Shown one piece after another: positions 30,489-41,397 of a DNA stretch of 64,000 bases. The notes under the pieces were generated by a model. It made no database searches. It was not told where the DNA came from and worked only from the letters and a program-made list of their open reading frames with translations. The first letter of the stretch is position 1. Every line of letters begins with the position of its first letter. The translations under genes were made by a program, and so were the position numbers. This DNA is from Clostridia bacterium (GTDB taxonomy: Bacteria > Bacillota > Clostridia > UBA1381 > UMGS1253), in contig JAZSQB010000046.1 in the NCBI GenBank assembly GCA_045537695.1, positions 40,268-104,267 on the forward strand, given 5' to 3'.

Positions 30489-30528
30489 AATGACGGTAGG
30501 CACAAAAGAGTGTCTACCGTCATTTTTT
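30489..30528. terminator. Bidirectional terminator between trpB and the DMT gene
   Basis: AATGACGGTAGGCAC pairs with GTGTCTACCGTCATT, with an A run on the 5' side and T6 on the 3' side. Confidence 0.8.
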
Positions 30529-30945
30529 AAACACAAGCACGCCGGCAATCATCAAACCGATGCCAATGTATTTTGTAAATGTAAAGGGTATCTTTTCCGC
30601 GCCGAACAAGCCGAAAGCGTCAATCAGCGCGGCGACGAGCAATTGCGCAATTAAAATCGTGCTGATTGCCAGGGTAGGATTTAATTTGGAAATTGCAAGC
30701 ATCACGGTCACAGTAATGATAAAACCGATTGCACCGCCGGTTAAATATAATTTATTTACGGCAAGTGCTTCTTTGATGTTACCGCTGCCGAAGATAAACA
30801 TGGCAAGTAGCGCGAGTATAAATGCACTGCCTTGTACGATGGTGTTAGATTCGAACAAACCGATTTTGTCAGAAAGTCTGGTGTTGAACACACCCTGTAT
30901 GCTCATAGCGGCGCCGGCAACGGCGGCGATGATAAAACCAAACAT
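30520..30945 (-). CDS. DMT-superfamily small membrane transporter (YdcZ/DUF606-like)
   Basis: 141 aa with four TM segments; SIQGVFNTRLS is a DUF606-type motif. Confidence 0.7.
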   Translation of the reverse strand: MFGFIIAAVAGAAMSIQGVFNTRLSDKIGLFESNTIVQGSAFILALLAMFIFGSGNIKEALAVNKLYLTGGAIGFIITVTVMLAISKLNPTLAISTILIAQLLVAALIDAFGLFGAEKIPFTFTKYIGIGLMIAGVLVFKK

Positions 30946-30996
30946 ATAATCACCTCACAGTTATGTACCTGCAGGCGCTTTGACCTGCAGTTGCCG

Positions 30997-31167
30997 CTAG
31001 GCTCTCTTTTCAAAGGATTCGCAATCTGTACATTCGCACATTGTCGGGTTTGCTTCGTGCGTACCGACCTTAATGCTGGAAAGCGAACAGTAGTTTTCGG
31101 TATTGCAGTGATACTTGCAATCCTTCACGCTGCAGCCAATGCTGGTGTTCGGTTTACAGTTGTCCAT
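30997..31167 (-). CDS. Small Cys-rich DUF1540-like protein (56 aa)
   Basis: Below the ORF-track length cutoff. Hand translation gives MDNCKPNTSIGCSVKDCKYHCNTENYCSLSSIKVGTHEANPTMCECTDCESFEKRA. GGAGG lies 8 nt upstream, and the repeated C-x-V-x-x-C...C pattern is as in DUF1540. Confidence 0.65.
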   Translation of the reverse strand: MDNCKPNTSIGCSVKDCKYHCNTENYCSLSSIKVGTHEANPTMCECTDCESFEKRA

Positions 31168-31319
31168 TCTACCAACCTCCTTTGCATATCTGTAAGTACA
31201 TAGGTAATTTGCATTACCAATGCACTTACGCGTTTATTATGTGCACGCATCGGCGGATTATTCGTTTTGTGGCAACAAAACAAATTTAAATTCATATCCT
31301 ATATTTGGGAGGTGAAAGT

Positions 31320-31532
31320 ATGGATTTAAAAAATTATAAAATTAAATTAGGGGAATTACTTGAAAATGATGCGGCAAAACAGGTGCTTTTGGAGGCATTT
31401 CCGGAATGGAGTGAGAGCGCACTTTTGAAAATGGCGGTCAATATGTCAGTTGCCAAGATAATGCGCATGGCGAAAAAGAAGGTGCCGCAACAAAAACTGG
31501 AAGAGGTTATAAAAAAACTGGAAGAGATTTAA
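31320..31532 (+). CDS. Hypothetical small helical protein (70 aa)
   Basis: GGGAGGTG lies 6 nt before ATG 31320 and a terminator follows the gene. I recognise no family. Confidence 0.5.
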   Translation: MDLKNYKIKLGELLENDAAKQVLLEAFPEWSESALLKMAVNMSVAKIMRMAKKKVPQQKLEEVIKKLEEI

Positions 31533-31557
31533 AAATGCGGTATTTTACCGCATTTTT
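31531..31557 (+). terminator. Rho-independent terminator
   Basis: AAAAATGCGGTA pairs with TACCGCATTTTT. Confidence 0.8.
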
Positions 31558-31580
31558 CTATGTTGATATTGCGTCTTTCG

Positions 31581-31609
31581 TTGACAAAAATTAAATTTTG
31601 TGTTATCAT
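31581..31609 (+). promoter_or_regulatory. Sigma-A-type promoter upstream of lysA
   Basis: TTGACA, a 17 nt spacer, then TATCAT. Confidence 0.55.
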
Positions 31610-31649
31610 AATGAGCAATTCTAATTAGAAAGTAACAGCAGGTGAGAAA

Positions 31650-32948
31650 ATGTTTGTTTCAGATTGTTTAAATGTAAATCATGAGAATCATTTGACGATT
31701 GGCGGTGTGGATACAGTAAAAATTGCTGAACAATACGGTACGCCGCTCTATGTGATGGATGAGGCAGAAATACGTAAGAATTGCCGCACCTATAAAACGG
31801 CTGTTGACACCTATTATGGCGGTAACGGATTGATTTTGTATGCCTCCAAGGCATTTTCCTGTAAGGAGATTTACAAAATCGTGTCGGAGGAAGGTCTCGG
31901 CGTAGATGTCGTATCCGGTGGAGAGTTATATACGGCGTACAAAGCCGGTTTTCCGATGGACAAGGTGTGCTTTCACGGCAACAATAAAACAGAAGCAGAA
32001 CTTCGTATGGCACTGGACTTTGGTGTCGGCTGCTTCGTGCTCGATAATGCCGATGAAATGGAGCTTTTAGATGTCCTTTGTGCAGAGCTTGGCAAGCAGG
32101 CATCTGTTATGGTTCGTATAAAGCCGGGCATTGATGCACATACGCACGATTTTATCCGTACAGGTCAAATTGACTCTAAGTTCGGTGTTGCACTCGAAAA
32201 TGGCGAAGCGATGGCATTTTTTGAAAAAGCAATGCAAATGCAGCATATTTTGCCGGTCGGCATACACTGCCATATCGGCTCGCAGATTTTTGATTTGCAG
32301 CCGTTTGAGGAAGCCGGTGCCGTGATGCTGAAGTTTATGGCGGATGTGCGCGACAAGCTTGGCTTGACAATGACGAAGTTGAATCTCGGTGGCGGCTTTG
32401 GTGTCAAGTATGTAGAGTCGGATGACCCGATTAATTTTGATGCCTATATCCAAGCCGTATCGGACGTGATTAAAGCAACCGCGGCAGAATGTAATTTCCC
32501 AATGCCGCAGATTTTGATGGAGCCGGGTCGCTCTATCGTTGCAGCTGCCGGTATTACATTGTATACAGTCGGCAACGTCAAGGATATCAAGGACGTCCGC
32601 ACCTATGTTTCCATTGATGGAGGTATGGGGGATAACCCGCGCTATATTTTGTATGGCGCAGAATATACGGCACTTGTAGCAAACCGCGCAGGCGATGCGG
32701 CGACGCAGACAATAACGCTTGCGGGCAAATGCTGCGAATCCGGCGATTTAATCGGTGAGCATATGCCGATACAGCCGTTGGAGAAGGGGGATATTATTGC
32801 TGTGCTTACCACGGGTGCATATAATTATTCTATGTCAAGTAACTACAACCGCATTCCGCGTCCGGCGGTGGTTATGGTGCGCGATGGGGAAACACGTGTG
32901 GTTGTGCGCGCAGAGTCGTACGACGACATTATCAAAAACGATCTTTAA
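31650..32948 (+). CDS. lysA: Diaminopimelate decarboxylase
   Basis: 432 aa with YASKAF (PLP Lys), the HIGSQ-type HCHIGSQ, GGGFGV and CESGD motifs. Confidence 0.93.
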   Translation: MFVSDCLNVNHENHLTIGGVDTVKIAEQYGTPLYVMDEAEIRKNCRTYKTAVDTYYGGNGLILYASKAFSCKEIYKIVSEEGLGVDVVSGGELYTAYKAGFPMDKVCFHGNNKTEAELRMALDFGVGCFVLDNADEMELLDVLCAELGKQASVMVRIKPGIDAHTHDFIRTGQIDSKFGVALENGEAMAFFEKAMQMQHILPVGIHCHIGSQIFDLQPFEEAGAVMLKFMADVRDKLGLTMTKLNLGGGFGVKYVESDDPINFDAYIQAVSDVIKATAAECNFPMPQILMEPGRSIVAAAGITLYTVGNVKDIKDVRTYVSIDGGMGDNPRYILYGAEYTALVANRAGDAATQTITLAGKCCESGDLIGEHMPIQPLEKGDIIAVLTTGAYNYSMSSNYNRIPRPAVVMVRDGETRVVVRAESYDDIIKNDL

Positions 32949-33002
32949 TTTGGTGAGCCGAATGTTTTGTTCGGCTCGCTTGTGCTATACGGAGTAGATA
33001 GT

Positions 33003-33956
33003 ATGTTTATCGGAGATTTTAAAATTGAAAATCCGGTGTTTCTTGCGCCAATGGCAGGGGTGACGGATTCGGCATTTCGCAGAATCTGCAAAAGCTTCGG
33101 TTGCGGGCTGGTATACACGGAAATGATTAGTGCGAAAGCACTTGCGTTTCACGACAAAAAGACAGCGTCCATGCTTGCTGTGCGCGAGGAAGAAAAACCG
33201 TTTGCCGTGCAGATTTTTGGCTCTGACCCTGAAATCATGGGCAGGATAACACAGGATGCACTTTCTACGGGTGCATCTGTTCTGGATATTAATATGGGAT
33301 GTCCTGCACCGAAGATTGCCAATAACGGTGACGGTTCTGCAATTATGAAAACACCAAAACTTGCTTATGATATCGTGCGCGCCGTTGTGAAAACATCCGC
33401 CGTACCCGTCACGGTAAAAATCCGCAAGGGTTGGGACGATGCGCACGTCAATGCCGTAGAGGTTGCAAAATATGCCGAGGATGCCGGTGCATCCGCCGTG
33501 TGCGTGCATCCGCGAACGCGTGAGCAGTATTACAGCGGGAAGGCGGATTGGGAAGTGATTGCCGATGTGAAGGCGGCACTCTCCGTGCCGGTTATCGGTA
33601 ACGGCGATATCTTTACCGCAGAGGATGCACTGCGTATGCGCGAAATGACCGGCTGTGATGCAGTGATGGTCGGCAGAGGCGCGCAGGGGAATCCTTTTAT
33701 TTTCCGGCAAATCAATGAACTTGTCCGTGATGGCGTGGTTTCGTATTATCCGACAAAGCAGGACAAGGTAGATACGGTGCTTCGACAGATGGAATATTGT
33801 ATTGAAGATAAAGGCGAGTATATAGCGATTCGTGAGCTCCGCAAGCATGCGGCGTGGTACTTAAAAGGGGAAAAGAATTCCGCTGCTATTCGCGGTGCGG
33901 TGAATATGACAGGGACAAAAGAAGAACTTTTTGCGCTTTTGCAGGGAATTTTGTAA
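33003..33956 (+). CDS. dusB: tRNA dihydrouridine synthase B
   Basis: LAPMAGVTD, DINMGCPAPK and VKIRKGWD motifs. ATG 33003 is preferred over the 32967 track start. Confidence 0.9.
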   Translation: MFIGDFKIENPVFLAPMAGVTDSAFRRICKSFGCGLVYTEMISAKALAFHDKKTASMLAVREEEKPFAVQIFGSDPEIMGRITQDALSTGASVLDINMGCPAPKIANNGDGSAIMKTPKLAYDIVRAVVKTSAVPVTVKIRKGWDDAHVNAVEVAKYAEDAGASAVCVHPRTREQYYSGKADWEVIADVKAALSVPVIGNGDIFTAEDALRMREMTGCDAVMVGRGAQGNPFIFRQINELVRDGVVSYYPTKQDKVDTVLRQMEYCIEDKGEYIAIRELRKHAAWYLKGEKNSAAIRGAVNMTGTKEELFALLQGIL

Positions 33957-34021
33957 AAAAGCCCTTGCAAAGCAAGCGGGAATGTGTTAAAATAAATCAA
34001 ATATATTTATGGGAGGGTTAA

Positions 34022-35482
<1,461 letters not shown>

Positions 35483-35595
35483 TTTATTAATAAGGATGTA
35501 ACAAAAATCCACAAATAAATCAAGGATGAAAAGGGCGAGTGTTCTTAAGGATAAAACGCCTAAAAAAGCAATATTTTGGCAAATAGCTGTGTTAT

Positions 35596-35631
35596 AAACG
35601 ACCGAAATCCGCGAGGATGTCGGTCGTTTTT
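35596..35631 (+). terminator. Rho-independent terminator of guaB
   Basis: AAACGACCGA pairs with TCGGTCGTTT and is followed by TTTTT. Confidence 0.8.
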
Positions 35632-35713
35632 GCCTTGCTCATTATCCAAACTATTACCTTTTAATGTGCCTGCGGCAGTTTTAGTCGAGGAATTTTGTCG
35701 GAAAGAGGAACAT

Positions 35714-35752
35714 AAAAATCTGCATTATACTCGCGTATAATACAGATTTTTT
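35714..35752. terminator. Orphan bidirectional terminator-like hairpin
   Basis: AAAAATCTGCATTATA-CTCGCG-TATAATACAGATTTTT gives a 16 bp stem with one mismatch, flanked by A5 and T6. No ORF ends here on either strand. Confidence 0.6.
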
Positions 35753-35903
35753 GTGAACTATTTTCGCTAAATTACCGGCTAAAACCGTTGTATCCTTAAG
35801 AACATTCACCCAAGTCCTCGGTTTTTTGAAAAAACAGTTTGTTTTAGTTTTGATTTTGTTAAAAATACGGAATAATAACCCTATGAATCGCTGTATAGTT
35901 TCA

Positions 35904-35932
35904 TTGACTAGCAGTTTGTTTTATGATATAAT
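35904..35932 (+). promoter_or_regulatory. Sigma-A promoter of the aminotransferase gene
   Basis: TTGACT, a 17 nt spacer, then TATAAT. Confidence 0.65.
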
Positions 35933-36058
35933 ATATGCAGTAAGCCTTGCATATCGGCAAAAATCAAGTAGCATCTAATTTGTACTCTGATTGTAAAATA
36001 ATTGAATGTAGATAGCATAATTTATAACTTTATATAAAGCTTTAGGGGGCACAAAAAA

Positions 36059-37246
36059 ATGGTTTCTAAAAAAATGTATGAACTCGGAAGTCGCCGCAGT
36101 GAAATCCGCGAATTATTTGAATATGGATTAAAGCGTAAATCCGAGATTGGCGCGGAAAACGTGTATGATTTTAGTCTGGGTAATCCGAGTGTGCCGGCGC
36201 CGGAATGCGTAAAAGAAGCATTAGCGGATTTGGTATTACATACAGACCCAGTAGCGTTGCATGGTTATACCTCTGCACAAGGTGCACCGGATGTTCGCAA
36301 AAGCTGCGCCGATTATGTAAACGCTACATTTGGGACCAATTATACGATGGACAACTTCTATATGACCGTTGGTGCAGCAGCATCTTTGACCATTTCTTTG
36401 TCTGCGATTGCAGAAGAAGGCGGGGAAGTGATTATTCTTGCACCGTTTTTCCCAGAATACAAGGTGTTTATTACACAAGCAGGTATGACAGCTGTTGTTG
36501 TAAAATGCCGCGAGGAAGACTTCCAGGTAGATTTCGATGCGCTGGAAGCTGCAATCAACAAAAATACAAAAGCAATTATCATAAATTCTCCGAACAACCC
36601 GTCCGGTGTTGTTTTTTCTCCGGAGACAATAGAAAAACTTGCTGCTATTTTAAACAACGCGCAGAAAAAGTACAATAAGGATATCTATATTTTAGCGGAC
36701 GAGCCTTACCGTGAATTGGTTTATACGGAAGGCGTGGTTGTGCCGTTCATACCAAACTATTATAACAACACAATTGTATGCTATTCTTTCAGTAAATCGC
36801 TTTCTTTGCCGGGTGAACGTATCGGCTATATTCTTGTACCTAATACGGCAAATGATTGGACGGATGTATATTTTGCGGTTTGCGGTGCCGGTCGCTCGCT
36901 TGGATTTGTTTGTGCACCGAGTCTGTTCCAGAAAATCGTTCCGAAGTGCATCGGCAAAACAGCAGATATTTCTATTTATAAGAAAAACAGAGATATACTT
37001 TGCGATGCTTTGATAAGCTACGGCTATAAAGTTGCACAGCCGGATGGCGCGTTTTATCTCTTTGTGAAAGCGCTCGAAGAAGATTCTCATGCATTTTGTG
37101 AAAAAGCTAAAAAATATGAACTGCTTTTAGTGGCAGGTGATAGTTTTGGTTATCCGGGCTATGTCAGAATTTCGTATTGCGTATCGACAGAAATGATTGA
37201 AAAATCTTTACCATCTTTTGAAAAACTTGCAGTAGAGTATAAATAA
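36059..37246 (+). CDS. Class I/II PLP-dependent aminotransferase (specificity not assignable)
   Basis: 395 aa with LGNPSVP, NSPNNPSG and the SFSKSLSLPGERIGY lysine motif. Confidence 0.85.
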   Translation: MVSKKMYELGSRRSEIRELFEYGLKRKSEIGAENVYDFSLGNPSVPAPECVKEALADLVLHTDPVALHGYTSAQGAPDVRKSCADYVNATFGTNYTMDNFYMTVGAAASLTISLSAIAEEGGEVIILAPFFPEYKVFITQAGMTAVVVKCREEDFQVDFDALEAAINKNTKAIIINSPNNPSGVVFSPETIEKLAAILNNAQKKYNKDIYILADEPYRELVYTEGVVVPFIPNYYNNTIVCYSFSKSLSLPGERIGYILVPNTANDWTDVYFAVCGAGRSLGFVCAPSLFQKIVPKCIGKTADISIYKKNRDILCDALISYGYKVAQPDGAFYLFVKALEEDSHAFCEKAKKYELLLVAGDSFGYPGYVRISYCVSTEMIEKSLPSFEKLAVEYK

Positions 37247-37260
37247 CAGGAGGCTTATAA

Positions 37261-38082
37261 ATGGGAAAATTTGATGGTATTCTGATTTGTACGGATTTAG
37301 ACGGTACATTGTACAGAAATGATAAGAGTATTTCAATAGAAAACAAAGAAGCAATCTCTCATTTTAAGGCAGAAGGCGGCAAATTCACTTTTGTTACCGG
37401 ACGAATGCCTTATTACGCTGTAGATGTTTTTGAAAAAGTTAAACCTAACGCACCGGTCGGTTGCATAAATGGCGGCGGTATGTATGATTATAAAGCCGAG
37501 GAGTACATCTGGTATACAGAATTGTCCAAAGATGTGTTAGAGCTTGTGCGCTATGTAGATGATGCAGTCCCGCAAGTCGGTATTAATATATCTACATTGT
37601 ATAAAACATGCTTTTATAAAGATAACGCATCTATGGAGGCGTTTCGAAAAATAGCCAAGTTACCGGAGATATTTGTACATTATAATGATATAACCGAACC
37701 GTTCGGAAAGATTTTGTTTAGCTGCAATACCGAAGAGGATGTGCAAATGCTTGAAAAGGCTTTGAAAGCGCATACTATGGCAGATGTATTTAATTTTGTG
37801 CGCTCCGAACAACATCTTTATGAAATTTTACCGAAGGGCATAGGGAAGGGCACAGTCATTTCGAAACTGGCAGAACATTTGCGGTTAGATATAAATAAAA
37901 CCATCGCTATCGGTGATTATAACAATGACGTTTCTATGTTGAAAGCTGCTGGTTTAGGCGTAGCAGTTTCTAACGCATGTGCAGAAGCTTTAGCCGCTGC
38001 TGATCTTGTTACGGTGAGTAACGAAGAACACGCTATTGCAAAAGTTATTTCAGATATAGAAAACGGATGTATACGCATATAA
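37261..38082 (+). CDS. Cof-type HAD-IIB phosphatase
   Basis: DLDGTL motif I, VTGR, and GDYNNDVSML motif IV. RBS is AGGAGG. Confidence 0.85.
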   Translation: MGKFDGILICTDLDGTLYRNDKSISIENKEAISHFKAEGGKFTFVTGRMPYYAVDVFEKVKPNAPVGCINGGGMYDYKAEEYIWYTELSKDVLELVRYVDDAVPQVGINISTLYKTCFYKDNASMEAFRKIAKLPEIFVHYNDITEPFGKILFSCNTEEDVQMLEKALKAHTMADVFNFVRSEQHLYEILPKGIGKGTVISKLAEHLRLDINKTIAIGDYNNDVSMLKAAGLGVAVSNACAEALAAADLVTVSNEEHAIAKVISDIENGCIRI

Positions 38083-38099
38083 ATTTAAGGAGAACAGTT

Positions 38100-40781
38100 A
38101 TGGCTGGAAAACTGATGATTATAGACGGTAATAGCATTGCAAACCGTGCATTTTACGGCATACGCCTCTTGACAAACAAGGATGGTATACCGACAAATGC
38201 TGTGTACGGTTTTATGAATATTCTTTTAAAGAATCTTTCGGATATTGCGCCGGACTATGTCACGGTCGCGTTTGATTTAAGCGCGCCAACGTTTCGCCAT
38301 AAGATGTTTGATGGTTATAAAGCCCAAAGAAAAGGTATGCCGGAAGAGCTTCGTATCCAAATGCCGATTATTAAAGAAGTAATATCGGCGATGCGGATTC
38401 CGGTTTTGGAGTTTGAAGGTTACGAAGCAGACGATATTATTGGTACAATTGCAAGAAAATGCGAAGAAAAAGAGATTGAGTGCTGCATCATTACAGGTGA
38501 TAAGGATGACCTGCAGCTAGCGAGCGCATTAACGAAAATTTATCTTACAACAACCTCCATGGGTAGCACGGCAACTGATATTTATGATGACAAGGCTGTA
38601 TTTAGCCGCTACGGTGTAACACCGACGGAATTTATTGATGTAAAAGCGCTGATGGGTGATAGTTCGGACAATATTCCGGGGGTAAAGGGTATTGGTGAAA
38701 AAACAGCAATGGCGCTGATTCAAAAAGCGAGTTCTATCGAAAATTTGTACAGGGATTTACCTGCTTTCGGCGCAAAAGGTGCGACTTTAAACAAGTTAGA
38801 AGCCGGTAAAGACGACGCTTTTTTAAGCAAAAAGCTTGCTACGATAGACCGGTATGTACCTATAGATGAAAGCTTTGATTCAATGAAGAATTTTTCGTGT
38901 AAAGGAGAAGCGCTTTACACGACACTTATGCATTATGATTTAAAATCTATTGTTTCAAAGCTTGGTCTGACGGGCGAAAATATAACAAACAACTGCACCG
39001 AAAGTGTAAAGCTCCCAAAAGTCGATGTTTGCATCTTGGATGATACGGAAGAATTACAGAAAATCTTAAATGACACTGCTTTTAATACTTTAATTTATAA
39101 ACTATATGTACAAAACGGTTATTTACAGGGTGTTGCTTTTAAAGTAAAAAACACTGTTTATCTTGCGCTTTGCAGTTTACTTCTAAGCGAAAATGACTTA
39201 ACTTCAGCATTTAAGCCGTTCTTTGAGGATGAAAAAGTCGAAAAAATTACACACGCAGCGAAAGAGGATATTGTATTTCTTGCAAGCAAAAATTGTAGTT
39301 ATAACAATCTCTGCTTTGATACGGAAATTGCTGCCTATATTTTAGATCCGTCCCTGAGTCGATATGATATTTCTGATTTGGCGCAGTCCTTTTTATCAAT
39401 TTCGTTAAAAGACCGCGAAACGCTCTTTGGGAAAGGAAAAAAAGCGATTACGCTCTCTGAAATTTCTGAAGAGGATGCAAAAGAATTTGTAAGCGGTGAA
39501 ATCTGTGCCCTTGCGCTTTTAAAGGATGCGTTATCCAAGCGCTTGGAGGAAAACCAACAAAGTGCATTGTATAACGACATAGAACTTCCGTTAATAGAAG
39601 TGCTTGCAAACATGCAGATTAATGGTTTTGCAGTAGACAAAGAGCGCCTGGATGCGTTTAATCAAATGCTCTCGCAACGCATTGAAGCATTAACGCAAGA
39701 TATTTATGCAGATGCCGGTGTGGAATTTAATATTAATTCTACGAAACAGCTTGGCGAAGTTTTATTTGAAACTCTCGGGCTGCGTGCTGTAAAAAAGACA
39801 AAAACCGGTTATTCTACGGATGCCAGTGTTTTGGAAAAGTTGCAAGGACAGCACCCGATTATCGAAAAAATTATTGAATACAGATTAATCAATAAGATTA
39901 AATCCACATATGGCGACGGTCTTTTGGCGGTAATTCATCCGGAAACAGGCAGAATACATTCCAGCTTCAATCAAACGGTCACCGTTACCGGCAGAATCAG
40001 CTCCACGGAGCCAAATATGCAAAATATTCCGGTGCGGCATCCGCTTGGGCGTGAAATTCGAAAAATGTTTGTAGCGCAAGGGGATGAGATGTATTTGGTG
40101 GATGCCGATTACTCGCAGATTGAGCTTCGTGTACTGGCGCATATAGCACAAGATAAAAATATGATTCATGCATTTAAAAACAATGCGGATATTCACGCCA
40201 AAACTGCCTCTGAGGTGCTTAAAATTCCGATTGAGGATGTGACAGCTGAACAAAGAAGTGCAGCCAAAGCAGTTAATTTTGGCATAGTATATGGCATCGG
40301 CCAATTCAGTTTGTCGCAAGATTTAAAAATTTCCGTTAATGAGGCGAAGAAGTATATTGATGGATATTTATCTTATTATGAGGGTATTGCTGCCTATATG
40401 GAATCTATCAAAAAAACTGCAGCCGAGCAGGGTTATGTCACAACCATGTTTGGGAGACGCAGATATATTCCGGAGCTGAAATCCTCCAATTTCAATTTGC
40501 GTGCTTTTGGCGAGCGTGTTGCGCTTAATACGCCAATACAGGGTACGGCAGCAGATATCATTAAACTTGCTATGGTGCGTGTCTATCAACGTCTTAAGCA
40601 AGAAAAACTTAAGGCAAAGCTCATTTTACAAGTACACGACGAATTGATTATAGAATGTCCGAAAAATGAGCTTGCGTGTGTTTGCACATTATTAAAAAAT
40701 GAGATGGAAAATGTTATAAAACTCGATGCAAAACTCGAAGCTGATGAAAAGTATGGCAAAAGCTGGTACGAAACCAAATAA
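38100..40781 (+). CDS. polA: DNA polymerase I
   Basis: A 5' nuclease domain (IIDGNSIANRAFYG...GDKD) is followed by polymerase motifs DYSQIELR, RSAAKAVNFGIVYG and QVHDELI. The start was moved to ATG 38100 behind AAGGAG. Confidence 0.93.
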   Translation: MAGKLMIIDGNSIANRAFYGIRLLTNKDGIPTNAVYGFMNILLKNLSDIAPDYVTVAFDLSAPTFRHKMFDGYKAQRKGMPEELRIQMPIIKEVISAMRIPVLEFEGYEADDIIGTIARKCEEKEIECCIITGDKDDLQLASALTKIYLTTTSMGSTATDIYDDKAVFSRYGVTPTEFIDVKALMGDSSDNIPGVKGIGEKTAMALIQKASSIENLYRDLPAFGAKGATLNKLEAGKDDAFLSKKLATIDRYVPIDESFDSMKNFSCKGEALYTTLMHYDLKSIVSKLGLTGENITNNCTESVKLPKVDVCILDDTEELQKILNDTAFNTLIYKLYVQNGYLQGVAFKVKNTVYLALCSLLLSENDLTSAFKPFFEDEKVEKITHAAKEDIVFLASKNCSYNNLCFDTEIAAYILDPSLSRYDISDLAQSFLSISLKDRETLFGKGKKAITLSEISEEDAKEFVSGEICALALLKDALSKRLEENQQSALYNDIELPLIEVLANMQINGFAVDKERLDAFNQMLSQRIEALTQDIYADAGVEFNINSTKQLGEVLFETLGLRAVKKTKTGYSTDASVLEKLQGQHPIIEKIIEYRLINKIKSTYGDGLLAVIHPETGRIHSSFNQTVTVTGRISSTEPNMQNIPVRHPLGREIRKMFVAQGDEMYLVDADYSQIELRVLAHIAQDKNMIHAFKNNADIHAKTASEVLKIPIEDVTAEQRSAAKAVNFGIVYGIGQFSLSQDLKISVNEAKKYIDGYLSYYEGIAAYMESIKKTAAEQGYVTTMFGRRRYIPELKSSNFNLRAFGERVALNTPIQGTAADIIKLAMVRVYQRLKQEKLKAKLILQVHDELIIECPKNELACVCTLLKNEMENVIKLDAKLEADEKYGKSWYETK

Positions 40782-40797
40782 TAGGGAAGGGATTTAT

Positions 40798-41397
40798 ATG
40801 TTTGTTGTAGGCGTTACCGGTGGCAGTGGTAGCGGCAAATCTACTATTTGTAAAGCGCTGACTTCCTATGGATATATTGTTTTAGATGCGGATAAAATTG
40901 CAAGAGAAATTGTTATCCCCGGCGAGCCGGCATTAGCAGAAATTATTGATGCATTTGGCTCTGCTATTTGTCAACGGGATGGTAGTTTAAATCGAAAATC
41001 ACTTGCAAATATTGTGTTTAATGACGAGAATTCTTTGCAAAAATTAAATGCTATCACGCACAAATATATAACCCAAAAGATACAAGAACGGATAAACGCA
41101 CAAGAGAACGCTGTTTTTATCATCGACGCACCACTTTTATATGAAAGTGGTCTGGATGCGTTGTGCAATGTAACAATCGGCGTTACAGCGAATCTCGAAA
41201 TTCGTATAGAGCGCATTATAAATCGTGATAATTTAAGCGATAAAGAGGCGCGTATGCGTTTAGATGCGCAAGATAGTATTGAACAAAACCTGAAACGTGT
41301 GGATTTTCTGATGGACACATCGGAAAATGCAGCACCGTCCGTTTATGCCGAAATGGCGGATGTATTTATTAAAGGAGTTCTCAATGAATCGAATTAA
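40798..41397 (+). CDS. coaE: Dephospho-CoA kinase
   Basis: The P-loop is GVTGGSGSGKST and DADKIARE follows. The start was moved to ATG 40798. Confidence 0.9.
   Translation: MFVVGVTGGSGSGKSTICKALTSYGYIVLDADKIAREIVIPGEPALAEIIDAFGSAICQRDGSLNRKSLANIVFNDENSLQKLNAITHKYITQKIQERINAQENAVFIIDAPLLYESGLDALCNVTIGVTANLEIRIERIINRDNLSDKEARMRLDAQDSIEQNLKRVDFLMDTSENAAPSVYAEMADVFIKGVLNESN

Larger units (their letters stand above)
35539..35805. repeat. Pair of 20 nt inverted repeats (18/20 match) about 230 bp apart
   Basis: The left arm is GTGTTCTTAAGGATAAAACG (35539-35558). The reverse complement of the right arm (35786-35805) is ATGTTCTTAAGGATACAACG. Confidence 0.7.

Noticed and set aside
30969-30990. The CTGCAGG/CCTGCAG hairpin between the DUF1540-like ORF and the DMT gene, considered as a terminator.
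   Set aside because: It is a 7 bp stem without a following T run on the transcribed (-) strand. It is more likely a weak structural element, and it is not reported as a terminator.
31559-31649. A search for a lysine riboswitch before lysA. Similar checks were made for a purine riboswitch before guaB (33957-34024) and a SAM riboswitch before metF (63708-63729).
   Set aside because: The leaders are far too short (about 90, 68 and 22 nt) and show no conserved riboswitch cores. Any metF-operon riboswitch would lie beyond the window edge.
35617-35664. A 15 aa hydrophobic peptide (MSVVFALLIIQTITF) in the guaB-downstream spacer, considered as a type I toxin.
   Set aside because: It is too short for known type I toxins. 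The GAGG lies only 1 nt from the ATG, and the ORF overlaps the guaB terminator stem.
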